From: Laetmonice hystrix | Lineage: Eukaryota | Length of the DNA: 64,000 nucleotides | Assembly (NCBI GenBank): GCA_965235115.1 | Contig: OZ249439.1 | Coordinates: 22,940,001-23,004,000 of the forward strand | Direction of reading: 5' to 3' | Part shown: positions 60,980-64,000 of the stretch, piece after piece | Layout: every line of letters begins with the position of its first letter | How positions within the stretch are numbered: position 1 is the first letter of the stretch | Position numbers and translations under genes: made by a program | Notes under the pieces: model-generated | Databases searched by the model: none | What the model saw: the letters and a program-made list of their open reading frames with translations, nothing else | What the model was told of the DNA's origin: nothing

Positions 60980-61105
60980 ACGAAATGTTTGGGCAGGGGT
61001 TAGGGTTAAGGTCAAGGATAGGGATAGGGATAGGATAGGGATATGTTTTTGGGAGGTGTAGGGACTGGGTTAGGGGTTAGGGGTTAGGGATAAGGTCAGG
61101 GCCAT
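60980..61105 (-). repeat. Dispersed repeat with telomere-like (TTAGGG/GATAGG)n core, homologous to 31940-32020
   Basis: The reverse complement contains CCTGACCTTATCCCT…CCAGTCCCTACACCTC(C/A)CAAAAACATATCCCTATCCT, shared with the 31.9-kb copy. Confidence 0.7.
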
Positions 61106-61381
61106 AGATCTCTACTTTCCACCAAATTTCGTGGGGTTTAAGTTATCATGGGCGATATACCCTCTTTCCCGCCGTAATGTCAAGAATATCGGTTAATGTG
61201 GCCATTGGCATGTCGCACCCTGTGTATAAACAGGTCAAGGCACAGTGAACGACCGCAGTGCCAAATCGGTGCATGCAGTGACTCGGCCGCCGCGGCTGGG
61301 GGAGGATCAGACTCATATATTGGGGCACCACGGTCTAATCAGGCCATGTTTCCCGCCAGATAGGAGGAAATAATCGACGAC

Positions 61382-61438
61382 ATGGCTTCAAACTCAACGA
61401 GCGGTGCGTTTGAAGAGTTCTGCGGCGGACCGCTATGG
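61382..61438 (+). CDS. Probable first coding exon of an ABCC1/MRP-like ABC transporter (TMD0 N-terminus)
   Basis: GACATGG start context, MASNSTSGAFEEFCGGPLW then phase-0 donor GTAGGT. Long MRPs begin …FC….(P/F)(L/F)W, and human ABCC1 exon 1 ends after DPLW in phase 0. CpG-rich upstream, with an E2F-like TTTCCCGCC at 61349. No second exon found in the window. Confidence 0.5.
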
Positions 61439-62173
61439 GTAGGTTAATTAATTGTCGGTCAGTACATGGTGTCGAATGTATATATGCATGGTGAAATCTC
61501 AGCGGGGATCTGAAGGTTGGATCCAAGGTCTGAGACTGCTGGCCTGATATCGGTGAAGTCCGGGAGGGGACGCTGCATGTCCTCGGACAGGGGGCGGGGG
61601 GCCGGTGGACTGCCCCGGACTAGTTAGTTACTTAGTACATGTGAAATGATAAGTCGAAAAAGTCTTTTTTAGCCTTTTCAACATATATACTATAGACCTA
61701 TTAATTATTATAGCTACTTTGTAGTTGCATAGCATTTTCTCATGGATGTCGCAAGGAAAACATATATGGAACTGATCGATGTGCTCATTATGACCTAAAG
61801 CAAAATCTACAGTGAGAAATAGAATTAGACCGTGTAAACCAGGGATATAATACATGTAGATTATATAAATTATTTAAATCGTAAAGAACAGTATCATGCA
61901 AGTGTGTCAAGCAAAAAGTGCTCATGTGGCTAACACTTAGATTTCAGTAGGCCTACTTTGTGAAGCGTGGAAATGGTGACATGATGAAGGTAGGCCTATA
62001 GGCCAGGGATTGGCCAGGGACTAAAGCCAAAGTGCTATAGCTAGGACACTGGACAGAGATGTGACATCACTGCCGAGAAGGGAAATGACTCACCAAACAG
62101 ATATCAAACGTCACTTATGGTTGAATCGATGGAGGATAAGACATAATGTGTAATCGAACATGTTCCATGTTAT

Positions 62174-62210
62174 ACCAACGAGTATAGAATACTCGTCTAT
62201 ACTCGTTGGT
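62174..62210. repeat. Perfect 15-bp hairpin
   Basis: ACCAACGAGTATAGA-ATACTCG-TCTATACTCGTTGGT. Confidence 0.85.
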
Positions 62211-64000
62211 TATACCAACTTTTGCCTTCCTTGCACCCGACCAAACAACCTCAACTACACACCCAAGGATTGGAACAGATTTGTAAAGGTAGCGACGTAC
62301 TACTACTGGGACGTATAATCTGTCTACAGCAAAGAACCTCAGTATCGGGGTTCTTTGTCTACAATAAAGGATGATCACTACTAGCAAAGTGGATCACAGC
62401 AGTGAATTAAAGTTTGTAGGCCAAAGAGGACTGCATCCTGGTGTTCACTAAAGACTAAAGTGTCAAAGTCACCAGTCCAAAAATTGAAAAATCAAAATCT
62501 TATCTTTGAACTCACATTGTTTAATAACAGGTGAATGTTTCCCTGATAAAATAATCCTAGAAAAATGCCTTTAAAAGAGGGAATCTGAGGGGGGGGGGGG
62601 GGTAGACCTAGTTTTCTTTTTCTCTCAGAGGAAATCTGGTTCATTTACGTGGTCCCAGCAGCTGCTGTTTGCGGACGTACCGGTACATTGCACCGGTAGT
62701 GGTTGACCTGCTTCCATATTGTGTACATAGGTACCATGAGGTTGGTGGTAGACAGGATATATAGCCGGGGTGTTGAGAGGTAGGGGGTCTGAGGGGGGAG
62801 GGGGTAAGGGGTTGTGGGGTTGTTTGAGTTGGAGGTCGATGAACAACCAAGAATCAGAATTCTCAATCACAATCTACATTCTTTGTGGTGTTTCAATATA
62901 AAAAAATGTATTTAATATCAGTGAATAATGTGGTATCATTTGGAGGAGATGGATTTCAGTCAGGACTTTGGCACTGGAATATTGAATTATAATTTATATA
63001 AGTTTAGTTAGGTATTCAGGTTTCACTTGACAGCATTGTCTTGATCTGATAAGTGTCAATGAGCTTATCTTGGAAAACTCTTTGCAAGCATACATTCTGA
63101 CCCTTAATTATGATGGGGGAAAACTGTGAAGTCATCTATTTGCCTACCAATGCAAAAGAGGTGGACTGGTAGTCTGAAATTCAGAAACATCTGGTGAAAT
63201 TTAATTCAGGGCAGAAACCAGGAATTTGGAATGGGGTGTATGGGGTAGGCACTGTGGAAAGGGGGTAGGGGGTGCCACCCCCACCTATGTTTGTGCCTGT
63301 GGTAACCTTAAAAATTAAAAGTAACAGGTTAGATTGCTTAGTCAGTCTGTAGAAATAAGGGTTCATTCCCTGATCTGACATTGGAATCATATAGTGACAT
63401 ATATCATAGTGACATATCAATAAAATAGTGGTAGGCCTACTAGAGCAGTAGTCGCCTGTTGGGACTGGTACATGGAGACCAGGGCCTTCGTACAATGTCT
63501 AAAAACTCTGTATGTGTTTATAAAAAAAAAGTCTCCTCTAAATACTCCTGCAGCCCTGGTCTTTTTACAAAACCTGCTGAAACCAGGTGTATATCCAGGG
63601 CTGTTTGTGGAATGTGCAACAATACTCCTGTAGGCCTACCATTTGCTCGTCAGCTTTCTAGGCTCCATTATTTATAAATATAAGCATAAAAAGAAGATAT
63701 TTACTGGTACAAGTACTTTCAATCATTGCAGGAGATTTTTCTCTCGTAAACTTGTACCTTCTAAAGCATGACGCTTATAGCCTACTTTGGTCTGTACTAT
63801 GCCCAATATGGAGTTCTTTTTGCCTTTTTATATAAGGTAACAATAATGTATATACTTTATGTCCCTTTCTGTGACATGGACCGAATCCTGACTGACTTGG
63901 TTCCATCACGCAGCCCTGACGCGAGCCCCCACCTCCACCACCCCCTCCACCCCCCTCCCCTCCCCCCCCCCCACCCCCCCCCCCCCCCACCCCCAACGCA

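Noticed and set aside
60980-61100. TTAGGG-like tract read as an interstitial telomere
   Set aside because: Short, degenerate and embedded in a dispersed repeat shared with 31940-32020.
62625-63230. Minus-strand peptides WDHVNEPDF and PELNFTRCF resembling ABCC exon 2 (NPDFT.CF)
   Set aside because: Wrong strand relative to the candidate exon 1 and immediately followed by stop codons; treated as coincidence.
1-64000. tRNA, rRNA, snRNA genes and U12-type introns
   Set aside because: No cloverleaf with A/B boxes, rRNA similarity, or (A/G)TATCCTT donor at an exon boundary was noticed; a tRNAscan/Infernal run would be needed to exclude them.

Overview
Eukaryotic (animal, probably marine invertebrate; species not determinable from sequence) genomic DNA with spliceosomal GT-AG introns. 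Four protein-coding genes were read manually. (1) The first coding exon of a SLAIN-motif gene on the minus strand (10015-9705), whose large first intron fills the left 9.7 kb. (2) A divergently transcribed VWA3B-like gene (36 phase-consistent exons, 11869-37624, about 1692 aa) with an extended Tudor-like/DUF4537 C-terminus. (3) A complete chromokinesin KIF4 gene (24 coding exons, 47444-58959, about 1202 aa) with a CCAAT/CHR-type promoter. (4) A probable first coding exon of an ABCC1/MRP-like transporter (61382-61438). Transposon content is high: a young 5'-truncated CR1/L2-group LINE split by a TIR element with a 6-bp TSD, degenerate DIRS-like relics, Harbinger-type MITEs, a foldback MITE, a 2.77-kb element with perfect 29-bp TIRs (Sola2-like), and a 3.3-kb DINE-1/HINE-like non-autonomous Helentron carrying a 146-bp satellite with a 568-bp higher-order repeat. 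No RNA genes or CRISPR arrays were seen. All homology calls come from recalled family motifs, not from database searches. I did not find clear evidence of a wholly new biological system. The most unusual items are a tandemly amplified splice acceptor in VWA3B, the CRE-dense higher-order satellite inside the Helentron-like element, the Tudor-repeat expansion of VWA3B, and altered mitotic regulatory motifs in KIF4.
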